Source: Armatimonadota bacterium (GTDB lineage: Bacteria > Armatimonadota > UBA5829 > DTLH01). Taken from it: 60,568 nucleotides of DNA. The position numbers and the translations under genes were made by a program. Below, piece by piece: positions 9,632-19,173 of this stretch. The DNA lies in the NCBI GenBank assembly GCA_038207085.1, contig JBBRAE010000016.1:1-60568 (forward strand), given 5' to 3'. Numbering within the stretch: the stretch's first letter is position 1; each line of letters begins with the position of its first letter. The notes below the pieces were generated by a model. The model had not been told where the DNA came from and did no database searches. It saw only the letters and a list, made by a program, of their open reading frames with translations.

Positions 9632-9932
9632 TAAGGGGTTGGGGTTGGTGCTGGCGCACAGCGACGGGCAGTGCCTCTTGTCGGGAAATGGGTTTCGGGG
9701 ACGGGGTCCCCTCTCGTTCGTCCGGATATGTTATCCGGGACGTCTGGGCCGAATAGGCATCTGTGATGCCGGTAGATTGGATAGAGCCGAATAAGCGGAA
9801 TCACAGATCCCTTGTTTGCCAAGAAGGCCCGGATTGCAAATCCAGGCCAACATCGGGGCGCGATCCAGGCCAACTCAGTCCACCAATCTCCCAACCCTCG
9901 CCAGTCCCAATCTAGCAACTAGCAACTGACGA

Positions 9933-11012
9933 CTAGCGGCTCTTCTTCACGTTGGCCCGAACCGCGGCTATATACTCATCAGTAACAGCCTTCTCAAAAC
10001 TTCTAAACCCAGCGAGCTCGAAGCCATGCCTGTCGGCGATCTCGGATATGCCGTCGACCTGATCTACACTTACCTCTTTGCCGAGCGTAAAGCTTTCATA
10101 ACGTGCATCGAGTGCGAGCGCCATAGTCTCGGACATACAGGCGTAAGCGGTCTTGGGCGGGAAGCCGAAGCTGAAGTGGAAGTCAACGTCAGCGCCGGGA
10201 ACGGCAACGACTCCACCTTCGATCACGAGAACATCGTTTCGCTCTTTGGCGACTGCAACGGATACGTCCCGGGGACGGGCAACGTCGCAGACTACCGCGC
10301 CGCTCTTGATGAACGAGGGCTCGATGATCGCTTCGACGGCGCTTGAAACTGTGATGACGATGTCGGCGTCTTTGATCCCGCTTGCAACGTCGTTCGACAC
10401 GGTGAACTCAGCGTTGCTTTTGCCGCGAAGCTCGGAGGCCACAGCCTCAAGCGACTCGAGCTGGCGACCTACAAGAGAAATCCTCGGAGCTTGACGCGCC
10501 ATGATCTCGGCACAGGTGCGACCAATCGAACCGGCGGCCCCGACGACCGCGACCGACGCCTTGGTTGGGTCGATATCCATAAGCTCCGCGGCCTTGATCG
10601 CGCCGCGTATGGCTGTTGCGATGGTGTAGCTGTTCCCCGTCGTTACGGCGATTCCGACGTTTTCGGAGATCGTCTTGCCGCCGTCACCTACAACCGACGT
10701 AAAAGCGCCAAGACCGATGATCTTTGCGCCAAGGTCTTCAGCGATCTTCGCGGCGCCAATGATCTTGTTATACACGAACTCCTTGGGGAGCGTCAGCATC
10801 TGCTTGGGAGTAAGCGGGCACCCGACCAGCCAGCCCTCGGCCTCCGCGCCGGTCTTGGACTTAAGGCCCGTCACGTGCGAGACGAGCATCGGGCTTTTCT
10901 TGGTCAGCCCGTACTCGATCCAGCTCTCGGGCAGAAACTTCACGAACGGGTATTTGCGCGCGATGTCGCGCTTTGCTTCAAGCGGATGTATAATAAAACC
11001 GAATCGTTCCAA
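9933..11012 (-). CDS. Acyl-ACP reductase-like NAD(P)-dependent oxidoreductase (COG5322-type, often labelled shikimate dehydrogenase-like)
   Basis: FGFIIHP, GLGAFTS, TTGNSYT, VVGAAGSIG, YACMSE, RHGF follow the cyanobacterial AAR layout; TTG start 11012 just after the upstream stop. Confidence 0.72.
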   Translation of the reverse strand: MERFGFIIHPLEAKRDIARKYPFVKFLPESWIEYGLTKKSPMLVSHVTGLKSKTGAEAEGWLVGCPLTPKQMLTLPKEFVYNKIIGAAKIAEDLGAKIIGLGAFTSVVGDGGKTISENVGIAVTTGNSYTIATAIRGAIKAAELMDIDPTKASVAVVGAAGSIGRTCAEIMARQAPRISLVGRQLESLEAVASELRGKSNAEFTVSNDVASGIKDADIVITVSSAVEAIIEPSFIKSGAVVCDVARPRDVSVAVAKERNDVLVIEGGVVAVPGADVDFHFSFGFPPKTAYACMSETMALALDARYESFTLGKEVSVDQVDGISEIADRHGFELAGFRSFEKAVTDEYIAAVRANVKKSR

Positions 11013-11013
11013 G

Positions 11014-11931
11014 CTACTCTCCAAGCCTCCTGATGGTGGGCTCCCATTCAAGTTTGTTTAATATATCGAGGTAATCTTGTGCAGACATATCTTCCTGACG
11101 CTTGCCGGTGAGCGCTACACAGATACCCTCTACGACGTTTGTTCCGAAGGTGCGGCCATCAAACTCTTTGGTCGAGGTCACGATAGTATCAACGCCGCGC
11201 GCCTTCAGATCGTTGACATCCCCTTCGGTAAGGGTGTTAGTGATGACAGTCTTGCCGCTGAGCGCGCCAGACTCGGGCGGCGGCATGTAGCGCCCGATGA
11301 TCTTGTAGTCGCCAGCGATTATGTCCGCCCACCTGAAGTATTTCTCGTACTTCGGCGTTATGACGTCCTGTTTTTCGCCCGTGGGATAGATCCACTGGAA
11401 CGGCACGCGGCAGACGATCGGCAGCAGGAGCTTGCCAAGCAACTGCACAGTTGACCATCTCTTTATCGCAATAGGAATCCCCAAGTTGAACATCAAGTCG
11501 CCGTAGACGACCTCTCTGGAGACCCGAGCCATCACTTCAGCCATCCCAAAACGGTCGACCGCGCAGACCATCAGCACCTTTTTGTCGCTGAAATCGATCA
11601 GCTTCTCGCGGTGCAGCCACTCGATCGTCTCGCGCTCAAGCGTGTTTTTGATCCCGCTTCCGTCGACCACGGGAGTCTTGACGGCGAACTTCGCGAGCCG
11701 GTCGGCGTCTCGTATCGTATATTTCCTATCACCAGCGACGAGATAGCGGTCGATCCCGCCGAGGCAGATCGCGTCTACGTTGCCATCGATCTCCGAAATA
11801 AGCTCGGCATAACGCTTCATGTCGCCATTGGTGCCGATGCGAGATATCTCGAACTCCTCGCCAAGGAGCGTCGCGGTTACTTTCTTGTCACCCCTCGACG
11901 ACCCTAAGCTCACACTTACTACGCGCTTCAT
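11014..11931 (-). CDS. Conserved uncharacterised protein (family often labelled quinate 5-dehydrogenase)
   Basis: MKRVVSVSLGSS, LGGID, VVDGSGIK, GRTFGTNVVE; coupled to both neighbours. Confidence 0.65.
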   Translation of the reverse strand: MKRVVSVSLGSSRGDKKVTATLLGEEFEISRIGTNGDMKRYAELISEIDGNVDAICLGGIDRYLVAGDRKYTIRDADRLAKFAVKTPVVDGSGIKNTLERETIEWLHREKLIDFSDKKVLMVCAVDRFGMAEVMARVSREVVYGDLMFNLGIPIAIKRWSTVQLLGKLLLPIVCRVPFQWIYPTGEKQDVITPKYEKYFRWADIIAGDYKIIGRYMPPPESGALSGKTVITNTLTEGDVNDLKARGVDTIVTSTKEFDGRTFGTNVVEGICVALTGKRQEDMSAQDYLDILNKLEWEPTIRRLGE

Positions 11932-12922
11932 CCAATACCTGCTCAATCTCCTCAAGGCTCGACGCTTCCATGATTTTCGATCGAAGCGCCGCAGCCCCAG
12001 GATAACCTTTCAAATACCATGCAATATGCCCGCGCATCTCGCGGACAGCCCGGTCCTCGCCCTTGCAACCCGCAAGCTTATGCCCGTGCATACGGGCGCC
12101 TTCTATGCGGGTCAGGGGATCCGGTTCGGGCACAAGAACACCGGTTTCCAAATATGTGTGGACCCTGGAAAATATCCAGGGGTTGCCAAGCGCCGCGCGA
12201 CCGATCATCACCCCGTCGCAGCCGGTCTCGTCAAAGAGCCTTTTCGCGTCCTCAGGGGATCGAACATCGCCGTTGCCGATCACGGGAATACTTACGGACT
12301 CTTTAACGCGCCTGATGATATCCCAATCGGCCTGCCCCGTGTACATCTGAACCGCGGTGCGCCCGTGGACACAGATGGCCGCGCCGCCTGAGCCTTCTAC
12401 TATCCTGGCCACTTCAAGCGCCGTTTCAAGCGAGCTGTTCCAGCCCCGGCGGGTCTTGACAGTGACAGGAACCTTTACCGCGCCGACTGCGGCCTTGACG
12501 ATCTCTTCAAGCTTCGGCAAATCGTGGAGAAGCGCCGCGCCCGAGCCGCTTTTGGTTACTTTCGGCACTGGACAGCCGAAGTTGATGTCGATTATATCGG
12601 CCCCGGCCTCTTCGACGATCTTCGCGCCGTCGGCGACTGCGTCGGGGTGCGCTCCAAAAATCTGTACGCAGACCGGACGCTCGGAGGGTTTCCAGTCCAG
12701 CATCGTGCGGGTCCGCTTATGAGCCATCCGAAGTGCGTAGACGCTCACCATCTCGGTGGTGACAAGCCCAACGCCGCCCATCTCCCTGCACATCGTCCGG
12801 TGAGCACGGTTGGTGACCCCAGCCATCGGCGCAAGAACGATCGGAGGATCAATCTCGATATTTCCAATGAAAAACGGAGGGTAGGCGCGAACATTTTTGG
12901 ATATCTCGACATTAGCCGACAT
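11888..12922 (-). CDS. dusB: tRNA-dihydrouridine synthase B
   Basis: LAPMAG, DINFGCPVPKV, VHGRT, IGNGDV, MIGRAALGNPW. Confidence 0.93.
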   Translation of the reverse strand: MSANVEISKNVRAYPPFFIGNIEIDPPIVLAPMAGVTNRAHRTMCREMGGVGLVTTEMVSVYALRMAHKRTRTMLDWKPSERPVCVQIFGAHPDAVADGAKIVEEAGADIIDINFGCPVPKVTKSGSGAALLHDLPKLEEIVKAAVGAVKVPVTVKTRRGWNSSLETALEVARIVEGSGGAAICVHGRTAVQMYTGQADWDIIRRVKESVSIPVIGNGDVRSPEDAKRLFDETGCDGVMIGRAALGNPWIFSRVHTYLETGVLVPEPDPLTRIEGARMHGHKLAGCKGEDRAVREMRGHIAWYLKGYPGAAALRSKIMEASSLEEIEQVLDEARSKCELRVVEG

Positions 12923-13689
12923 CAGCGTTTCGCCCGTTCCCAGATCAGCCGAAGCCCCCGAAGCGTGAGCAGAGGGTCGACCACTTCTATCGTCTTGCTT
13001 TCCTCAGCTATCAGCCCCGCAAGCCCGCCTGTCGCGACGACTTTTGCCTCACCCATCTCTTCTTTGAAGCGGTGCACGATGCCGTCGGTCTGACCGGCAA
13101 ACCCGAATACAACACCGGCCTGAAGGCTCTCGACTGTGCTCGTACCGATTGCCGAAGGCGGCCTGACAAACTGCACGCGTCTCAGCTGCGCGGCTTTTGC
13201 GACAAGCGCCTCGACCGACGTTTCTATCCCCGGAGCGATCGCGCCGCCGAGGTATGCGCCGTCGGCTGCAACCGCGTCAAAGGTTGTGGCGGTCCCGAAG
13301 TCAACGACGATCACCGGACCACCATAAGTCTCGTGAGCTGCGACGGCGTTTGCGATGCGGTCGGCCCCGACATCGGTCACGGGGTTGTAGCGAATTTCGA
13401 TGCCGCCGTCGACGCCCTTGCCGAGTACAAGGGGATCATCCACACCGAGGTAGACCTTGGAGAACTTCACCAGTGGAAAAATCGTGGCGGGAACGACGCT
13501 TGAGATGGCGACGCCCTCAATCGTGTCGAACGAGAGCCCGTCACGGGAGAAGAGCCCGTACAAGAGGACGCCGTACTCATCTTCAGTGCGGCTGGTAACG
13601 GTCCCTATTCGCCAGTCGGCGGCAAGGCGTTCACCGTCAAAAACGGCGAACGTGGTATTGGTGTTTCCGGCGTCGATTGCAAGCAGCAT
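12922..13689 (-). CDS. coaX: Type III pantothenate kinase
   Basis: LLAIDAGNTN, VGADR, VDFGTATT, GGAIAPG, ATGG, LTLRGL. Confidence 0.95.
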   Translation of the reverse strand: MLLAIDAGNTNTTFAVFDGERLAADWRIGTVTSRTEDEYGVLLYGLFSRDGLSFDTIEGVAISSVVPATIFPLVKFSKVYLGVDDPLVLGKGVDGGIEIRYNPVTDVGADRIANAVAAHETYGGPVIVVDFGTATTFDAVAADGAYLGGAIAPGIETSVEALVAKAAQLRRVQFVRPPSAIGTSTVESLQAGVVFGFAGQTDGIVHRFKEEMGEAKVVATGGLAGLIAEESKTIEVVDPLLTLRGLRLIWERAKR

Positions 13690-13700
13690 AGGCGTTAATT

Positions 13701-13730
13701 AAAAAGGAGCAGCCTAAACGAGTCTGCTCC
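13701..13730 (-). terminator. Intrinsic terminator-like hairpin between the CAP gene and coaX
   Basis: GGAGCAGAC-TCGTTTA-GGCTGCTCC-TTTTT on minus strand. Confidence 0.65.
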
Positions 13731-13765
13731 CATCACGCCTAGTTTATCAGTTTTGCCTCATCGCG

Positions 13766-14437
13766 TCAATCGGTGGAGGCGAGGAACATCTGTGTAACCC
13801 AGTACTGCCCTTTGGCATCCGTGTAGGTGCCAACGCCGATGCGCTCGAACCTCGGGTTCAGGATATTCTCGCGGTGCGAAGGACTTGCCATAAGGCAGGA
13901 GTGGCCGCGGTTGATGTCTACTATAGAGCAGTAGAACAGGTTCTCTCCGACATAAGCCCAGTTGGGACGATGTCCGAGTGCCACCAGATAGCGATTGAGC
14001 GCAGTGCGCATTCCGGGTGTGGGAGAGACATGGTCGAAGTAATCGAGATCGCCCATCTCTTTGCTGTGCCCACGGGAAACTTCAACGAGTATCGGGTCCA
14101 CGCGAAGGTGTCGCAGTCCCTTTTCAGCACGCTCATAGTTGACCAGGTCTATAAAGCGTTGCTCGTCGTCTGTGACCTGCACCGACCCCACCGCCATCGT
14201 CGCAGCCGTTGTGGCAACCGAGGCGACCGCAGAGGCAGTCGGAGCGGATATAACCGGAGCCGAAGCGGCAACCGGAGACGCAGCAACAGGCACGACCGCA
14301 GGTGGCATCGGCACTGCAGTCGGTGTCGTAACAACGCCGGCAGTAACAACCATCTGAGGCGGCTTCGGAACCGCCGCAGTCGTAGAAACATTTGATCCTA
14401 GCATCAACAATGCCAGGTATACGCTAACACTGGTCAT
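13766..14437 (-). CDS. Secreted CAP (SCP/Tpx-1/Ag5) domain protein
   Basis: VNYER..GL, HSKEM..YFDH, GEN, SPSHRENIL; signal peptide and Ala/Pro/Thr-rich linker; ATG 14437 with GGGAGG SD. Confidence 0.88.
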   Translation of the reverse strand: MTSVSVYLALLMLGSNVSTTAAVPKPPQMVVTAGVVTTPTAVPMPPAVVPVAASPVAASAPVISAPTASAVASVATTAATMAVGSVQVTDDEQRFIDLVNYERAEKGLRHLRVDPILVEVSRGHSKEMGDLDYFDHVSPTPGMRTALNRYLVALGHRPNWAYVGENLFYCSIVDINRGHSCLMASPSHRENILNPRFERIGVGTYTDAKGQYWVTQMFLASTD

Positions 14438-14689
14438 ACGCGGAACCCTCCCTAGCAATCTATTGATTCCATAACTATGCCGCGTAGCTACTATACTTCC
14501 TGCGGTCCAGTTGTTTCGAGGATTATGCATCGAGGTTCACCTTATTGCGTGGCCAGATGAGCTTATTGTAAGTTATCAAGCTCTTCCTGTCAATTATGCT
14601 GAGAAAATAATCAGGTAATTTTACTGTAGACATTTCACTTAAGAAGTGCTCAAAGCGGGTAAAGACGTTGCCGACGGAGGTTGCCTGTT

Positions 14690-15817
14690 ATGAAAACAAC
14701 CCACACTTTTCGGATATTCTTAGTGCTGTTTCTACTCGTCGTAAGCTCATTCGCCTTCTCCGCTATCCCTAAAATCGGTCCCGAAGAGATCAAATGGGGA
14801 GACAAGGCCGCCCTGCAGGCGGAAAAGGACAACAAGGTACTCGACGACAAAGCACTCATCGCGCGCGTCAAGGCTATCGGTGAGCCGATCGCCGCCGCAG
14901 CGAACACAGCCGAAGTAGCCGCTAGCTACGGCACAAGCACAATCACGCAGTTCCCCTACAACTTCAAGATCATCGACAGCGACGACGTCAACGCCTTCTC
15001 TGTCACCGGAGGTCACATCTACGTCTATCGCGGGCTTATAAACGTGTGCCAGAGCGACCATGAACTCGCTGCGGTCATCGCTCATGAGATCGCTCACGCC
15101 TCGCACCATCACATGGTCCACATGATGCGCGAGCAGAGCAAGCTTGAGGGCAGGATGGCGCTCGTGATGCTTGCGGGGATACTCGGCGACGTGAACCCCC
15201 GCGACCTCTCCAACGTAATTACCGGAGCTCAGTTCTACAAGATCGCCAAACTAAGTGGTTACGGGCAACTTGCTGAGCAGGACGCCGACGCCACCGCTGT
15301 CAGTTACATGAAAAGCGCTGGCTACAACCCTGTCGGAGTGCTGACCTTCCTTGAGCGCATCGCTGAGCGTCCTGAAGTGATCGACTGGGGCATAATGCAG
15401 ACCCACCCCAGGTCCGAAGACAGGGTGAAGGCTGTAAAGACGCAGCTTGAGGCCTGCGGCATCCCCATCAACCGCCGGGCAGTGACGACGTGGTCGACGG
15501 CCAAAGTCGTCTGCGGAAGCTCCGAAAAGGTCGAGTATTACGACGTTATGATTTCCGACCGGACCGTGTGTCGTATGGCCGACAAGTCCCGCGCATACGA
15601 CGCTGCGGGCAAAATCAACGCATTGCTTGATCAGGGGCTGCAGATACATGAGATGAGAGTGGTCGGAAACACACTTCATGCACGCGGCGAACCGGTCTTG
15701 TCGATATGTGAGCTTGATCTGTCGGTATCCAAGCAAACGGCCTCATCCGCTGCGGCGCAGGCTGCTGCGGCAGTGCGAAGCGTCCTGCTGCGCGACATCG
15801 TCAATGATATCCGATGA
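14690..15817 (+). CDS. M48 family zinc metalloprotease, secreted
   Basis: VNAF..GG.IYV, ELAAVIAHEIAH, E.DAD, THP..EDR; signal peptide. Confidence 0.9.
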   Translation: MKTTHTFRIFLVLFLLVVSSFAFSAIPKIGPEEIKWGDKAALQAEKDNKVLDDKALIARVKAIGEPIAAAANTAEVAASYGTSTITQFPYNFKIIDSDDVNAFSVTGGHIYVYRGLINVCQSDHELAAVIAHEIAHASHHHMVHMMREQSKLEGRMALVMLAGILGDVNPRDLSNVITGAQFYKIAKLSGYGQLAEQDADATAVSYMKSAGYNPVGVLTFLERIAERPEVIDWGIMQTHPRSEDRVKAVKTQLEACGIPINRRAVTTWSTAKVVCGSSEKVEYYDVMISDRTVCRMADKSRAYDAAGKINALLDQGLQIHEMRVVGNTLHARGEPVLSICELDLSVSKQTASSAAAQAAAAVRSVLLRDIVNDIR

Positions 15818-15922
15818 TTTTCTGTTTCAGGCACGCTCGCTTTGGGAAATACACTATCAGAAGGTTGTCGCAGCGCTGGCATACGCAGTGCGAGTAGGCG
15901 GCCTGGTGTGAGGTCTATTACG

Positions 15923-16081
15923 ATGATGATAATACTGATCTTAGCTGCCGCTTTTGTTGTCGGGCTGACGCTTACGTCGGTCTATAGCGCGATGGTTCTG
16001 GCTCACAGGACTGATGAAATAGTCTCCGGTGTCTGCGACGAGAGCCCGTTTGGCTCCACACTGAGACCCGGGCACGCGTAA
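15923..16081 (+). CDS. Small single-pass membrane protein (52 aa)
   Basis: GAGG SD, ATG, one hydrophobic stretch; no family recognised. Confidence 0.45.
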   Translation: MMIILILAAAFVVGLTLTSVYSAMVLAHRTDEIVSGVCDESPFGSTLRPGHA

Positions 16082-16155
16082 CAAAGTTTGCATACAATGT
16101 CAGCGGGTTAACGCCTGCTGATCGAGACAGGGCGCTTACGCGATCCCTACCCCAC

Positions 16156-17661
16156 CTAGCGTGAGCGCCCTGTCGTCGTACTTACCCCGAAAAGAATCGC
16201 GAATAGGACAACTGCGGCGCAGAGGCAGACAAACCAGTCGCCCAGCCGCACAAAGGGCGTACGAGCCTGAGACATTGCGATTTTCCCCGTTATCACAGCA
16301 GACTTTCCGAGCCCTACAGTACTTTTGACTCGTCCATCAGGAGCAATCACGCTTGAAATCCCTGTGCTGGCCGCCCGAACGACCCACCTGCGAGTCTCCA
16401 CCGCCCGAAACACCGCGAACTGATGGTGCTGCGCGGGTGCCGCACTCTGTTTGAACCACGAGTCGTTCGTCATAATGACAAGCGCCCCTGCTCCATGGTT
16501 CACAAACTCCCTGCCGATTGCCGGAAAGGTAGACTCAAAACAGATCATAGTCCCAAGCGAGCCAAACCCCGCGCGAACCGTGTTGAACTCCCTGCCCGGT
16601 GAGCGATCGACTTCCTGAACCCGGTAGTTCTTGATGAAGGGAAGCCACTTTCTCGCAGGGACAAACTCACCGAACGGCACCAGGTGGACCTTATAATACT
16701 TGCCGGCGAGCTCTCCCTGAGGAGTGACGAGGTACGCGCCGTTATACTCCCGGTAACCTGCCGCAGCGTTGGGATCGGCCTCGGAATGGTATCCTCCAGC
16801 GAGGATATATGCGCCGGTCGACCTCGAAAGCCTCGCGATCTCAGCATAGAGAGCGGGGTTATTTAGCATATCGTCGGGAAGCGCGGACTCCGGCCAGACG
16901 ATCAAGTCGGCTTTGCCTCTCAGCGACTCAGTCAGCGGCCAGTAGACTTTGATCACCCGATCAGCGAGGTTGGGGTCGGCGTACGAGAGTTCCACCCCAC
17001 CCTGCACAATGCCGACTCGGGTTTCTGGGGTCGAAGAGTCGGCGACTCGGGTGTTGGCCCATCCACCAATGGCGTTTATTACGCATATCGCTGCGGTGAC
17101 AGCAAAGATCGACCCGGACTTCTTCGATCTGACCGTGAGATATGAAGCAAGAGCCACGTTGAACGCGACGATCAGAAACGTGACGCCCCAGGGGCCTACA
17201 AGGCTCGCTATCTGGATCGCTGAGGGCCAATCAGCCTGAGAGTAGGCAAGCCCTCCCCAAGGCACGGCGAACGCTCCAAGCGACTTCAGCCACTCAAGGA
17301 GCGTCCACGCGGCGGGAATCGAAAGAGCCCAAAGTCGCCTTCGCCGGAGCAGAACAGTGGCGAGCCCAAAGACTGCGATCTGCACAGCCTGAGCGATCGA
17401 GAGAAGCGCCCACGGCAAGTAGCCAAAAAGCGTCACCCAGAACATAAGGATACCGAAGAATACGATACCCGCGGCTAGACCGAGCACGAAGCCGTCCCTT
17501 GCCCTTGCGCCTCGAAGAGCGATCACGAGCGGCACAAGCGCGATCCACACAAGCGGAAAGAACCCCGGCCTCGGGAAGGCGAGCGCGAGCAGTGCGCCGG
17601 AGATTATCGCGAGCACGAGGTTGGAGCTCTTCAGTTTGTGATATAATCTCTTGTCTGCCAC
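16156..17661 (-). CDS. lnt: Apolipoprotein N-acyltransferase
   Basis: N-terminal TM bundle; VWPES, KVHLVPFGE, ICFES, TNDSWF, RAVETRR. Confidence 0.95.
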   Translation of the reverse strand: MADKRLYHKLKSSNLVLAIISGALLALAFPRPGFFPLVWIALVPLVIALRGARARDGFVLGLAAGIVFFGILMFWVTLFGYLPWALLSIAQAVQIAVFGLATVLLRRRRLWALSIPAAWTLLEWLKSLGAFAVPWGGLAYSQADWPSAIQIASLVGPWGVTFLIVAFNVALASYLTVRSKKSGSIFAVTAAICVINAIGGWANTRVADSSTPETRVGIVQGGVELSYADPNLADRVIKVYWPLTESLRGKADLIVWPESALPDDMLNNPALYAEIARLSRSTGAYILAGGYHSEADPNAAAGYREYNGAYLVTPQGELAGKYYKVHLVPFGEFVPARKWLPFIKNYRVQEVDRSPGREFNTVRAGFGSLGTMICFESTFPAIGREFVNHGAGALVIMTNDSWFKQSAAPAQHHQFAVFRAVETRRWVVRAASTGISSVIAPDGRVKSTVGLGKSAVITGKIAMSQARTPFVRLGDWFVCLCAAVVLFAILFGVSTTTGRSR

Positions 17662-17693
17662 GTCAAAATGCCATAGAACAGGAAGTGTATAGG

Positions 17694-18392
17694 TTGTTCA
17701 AGATTGTTCAATCAAACATATACAAAGCTTTACTTCCATCGGCAATCGCCCTTGGACTCATCACAGCGGGCTGCGCGAACTTCCCAGATAACGCCACCCC
17801 GACTACCGGCACACGCCTGATAATCACGATGACCGTCGCCGGAGACATCGACCCCAACTACCACTACTTTGTAGCGTTTGACACGTCGGGCCGGGTGTCC
17901 CCCGGGCCGCTTCCGGTCGTCGGGCCTCCGTGGGGCAACGGCTGGGGCACAGGGAGTATCACCAACTATGTGGTCTACGATGCCGCACAGTCTCAGGGAG
18001 GCTACGGGGTATATCGAATAACCTCCGGAACCAACCTGCTCGGAAATGTTTACATCGGCCCGCCGGTGAACTTCAATATCCCGCCGCTGGGCACCAACAG
18101 GCTGCAGTTTACCATAGATCTCGGTCAGTTGGCGACCCCTACGGTGCCGGACCCGTCACTCGGTCTGATCAACATCAATTTTATCACAACCGACGTTATA
18201 CCCATCGACCCGAACTACTCCGGCCCCAAGTTTTTCGACGGCCTCGGCCCAACGGGAAACAACTTCATAACGATCTCCACGAACACATCCCAGGTCTTCA
18301 GCAACTCGCAGACCAATATCGAGTCCGGCGGAGACGTGCCGGTGCCGAACTTGGATATCGTGGATTGGTCTATCGAAATACAGAAAACTTAG
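17694..18392 (+). CDS. Hypothetical lipoprotein
   Basis: Hydrophobic leader ending in lipobox ITAG-C; start uncertain (17685 GTG or 17694 TTG). Confidence 0.7.
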   Translation: MFKIVQSNIYKALLPSAIALGLITAGCANFPDNATPTTGTRLIITMTVAGDIDPNYHYFVAFDTSGRVSPGPLPVVGPPWGNGWGTGSITNYVVYDAAQSQGGYGVYRITSGTNLLGNVYIGPPVNFNIPPLGTNRLQFTIDLGQLATPTVPDPSLGLININFITTDVIPIDPNYSGPKFFDGLGPTGNNFITISTNTSQVFSNSQTNIESGGDVPVPNLDIVDWSIEIQKT

Positions 18393-18460
18393 GGGGAAGT
18401 TGCTAGTGGCTAGTGGCTAGGGGGACTGGCGATGGGCGTTAGATTGACATGAGACACAGT

Positions 18461-18494
18461 AAAGGGCGCAGGGAAGTAGAACTCCTGCGCCCTT
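18461..18494. terminator. Hairpin between convergent genes (probable terminator)
   Basis: AAGGGCGCAGG...CCTGCGCCCTT inverted repeat. Confidence 0.65.
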
Positions 18495-18520
18495 GGTATA
18501 TTTATGCTAGTAGCGACTAG

Positions 18521-19105
18521 CTACTGACGACTAGCGACTCCCTTGACTATCCCAGCAACAATGACGGCCTTCAGCGCATCTACGCCGATGAACGGGACCA
18601 GGCCAACTACCCAGGCCTGCACAGCGCAGTGCATCGCGGGCTGACCGGTGTGGGTGAACAGCCAGCAAGCAAGCCACGGAACTCCTACCACGTAGATCGC
18701 CGCAGCGCCCAAAAGCCCGGATATCATCGCAGCCTTTACGCCTCGCCGACCAAGCTTCTCCCAGGCAAGCCCCGAAAGATACGCGGCAAGGATGAAACCG
18801 GGAATGTAACCGAACGACGGAGAAAGCACAGCCGCCGGACCGCCAAACGGGGCACTGGCAAATATCGGCACGCCCGCGAGTCCGAGCAACAGATACTGAG
18901 CCTGCGAGATCGCCCCGAGCTTGCGCCCGAGCACCATCCCCGCAAGAATCGCCACCATCGTCTGCAGCGTCACAGGAACCGGCGTGAACGGCAGCGGAAT
19001 CCGGGTCTGGGCCGCCGCGATCGTAAGCGCCGTAAATCCGAACACGAGAAGAATGCTCCTCGGCTCAACGCGCGAGCGAATCGCGCTTGCGTCTATCGTC
19101 TTCAT
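18521..19105 (-). CDS. bioY: Biotin transporter S component
   Basis: PFTPVPVTLQT, YLLLGLAGVPIF, GYIPGF, PFIGVDALK. Confidence 0.93.
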   Translation of the reverse strand: MKTIDASAIRSRVEPRSILLVFGFTALTIAAAQTRIPLPFTPVPVTLQTMVAILAGMVLGRKLGAISQAQYLLLGLAGVPIFASAPFGGPAAVLSPSFGYIPGFILAAYLSGLAWEKLGRRGVKAAMISGLLGAAAIYVVGVPWLACWLFTHTGQPAMHCAVQAWVVGLVPFIGVDALKAVIVAGIVKGVASRQ

Positions 19106-19173
19106 TCAGATCCTCTTCTTTCCTCTTGTTTAGTTATGGTTAGCTTAGGGTGAGGTAATTTCCTTCTGACGTT

